A DNA stretch of 64,000 nt from Octopus sinensis (Eukaryota). Numbering within the stretch: position 1 is the first letter of the stretch; every line of letters starts with the position of its first letter. Location: contig NC_043009.1 of the NCBI RefSeq assembly GCF_006345805.1, forward strand, positions 20,770,001 through 20,834,000. Direction: 5' to 3'. Under the pieces are notes generated by a model that saw only the letters and a program-made list of their open reading frames with translations, made no database searches and was not told the origin of the DNA. Positions 63,228 to 64,000 of this stretch are shown in pieces. Made by a program: the position numbers and the translations under genes.

Positions 63228-63754
63228 ATACGTTCACAGTTTGCTTACCCTTAAATAGATGCACATTGGCTCACACATTTGTTTTCTACAAGTGGTCACG
63301 TGATGGTTTCACCCTTCCAGCTTGACAGAGCTGTCCATTTCATCATGTGACAACTGGCTGAGCACAGGAAAATTTCTCCACCGTCAGCTTTAGAAGGAGA
63401 GATCTTCCCACTATTCTTTAGTGAGGTGCGTTTGCACAGTTGAGTTTGGATCTTGTTCATTCTGCAGGTAACCTTTGAGGCAGATGTCTTTTCCTGTCTT
63501 CCAGCAGAAGTCATGTCGTGTATTTGTTTTCCTGTTCTACACATCACCATGTACCAACGGCATGAGAAACCATTGTGTATGTCTTCTGACTCTATCATTC
63601 AAGATGGCTGTGTGAATGCTCTTTAATGAGTTGGGTCAATCGTCGCATTTAATCCTGGTTTTTCTGTTCCTTCCTTTATCCACATGCACATGTATAATGG
63701 AACCCAAACCAGCTTAATTCATCAACTCAACTTCTCAACCATTAAAAGAGATCT

Positions 63755-64000
63755 TCATCATCATTATCGTTTAACGTCCGCTTTCCATGCTAGCATGGGT
63801 TGGACGGTTTTGACTGAGGGCTGGCGAACCAGATGGCTGCACAAGGCTTCAGTCTTGATCTGGCAGAGTTTCTACAGCTGGATGCCCTTCCTAACGCCAA
63901 CCACTCCATGAGTGTAGTGGGTGCTTTAACGTGCCACCGGCACAGGGCCAGTCAGGTGGTACTGGCAACGACCTCACTTGAATCTTTTAAACATGCCAGC
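63755..64000 (-). mobile_element. RTE LINE 3' UTR (runs off the window)
   Basis: cgtttaacgtccgctttccatgctagcatgggttggacgg... matches 36545-36740. Confidence 0.85.

Overview
Repeat-dominated, AT-rich animal genomic DNA with one 100-N gap. The SINE families, RTE/CR1/Tx1 LINEs and dense (TA)n/(CA)n tracts suggest a coleoid cephalopod, probably Octopus. That assignment is an inference from recalled repeat families, not a database result. Host gene: two minus-strand coding exons missed by the ORF track, a signal-peptide exon (8596-8680) and a phase-matched LDL-receptor class A exon (7478-7594). The gene continues leftwards or out of the window. Most of the rest is nested mobile DNA: a near full-length Tx1/L1-clade LINE abutting a second, diverged Tx1-like 5' end inside a Helitron-like element; RTE LINEs carrying a PHD finger; CR1 copies; a CRE-clade relic; a mariner interrupted by a solo LTR; a hAT with 8-bp TSD; a Gypsy relic; and several tRNA-derived SINEs. 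Main findings: (1) three sequence-unrelated Penelope-like elements each carry a type I hammerhead ribozyme motif with a palindromic stem III, and one has a compensatory U3-A8 core in place of C3-G8; (2) the Tx1 LINE appears to target a specific motif, and its 3' tail is shared with a tRNA-SINE; (3) long inverted duplications are unusually dense. All alignments and folds were done by eye; coordinates called approximate are not base-exact.
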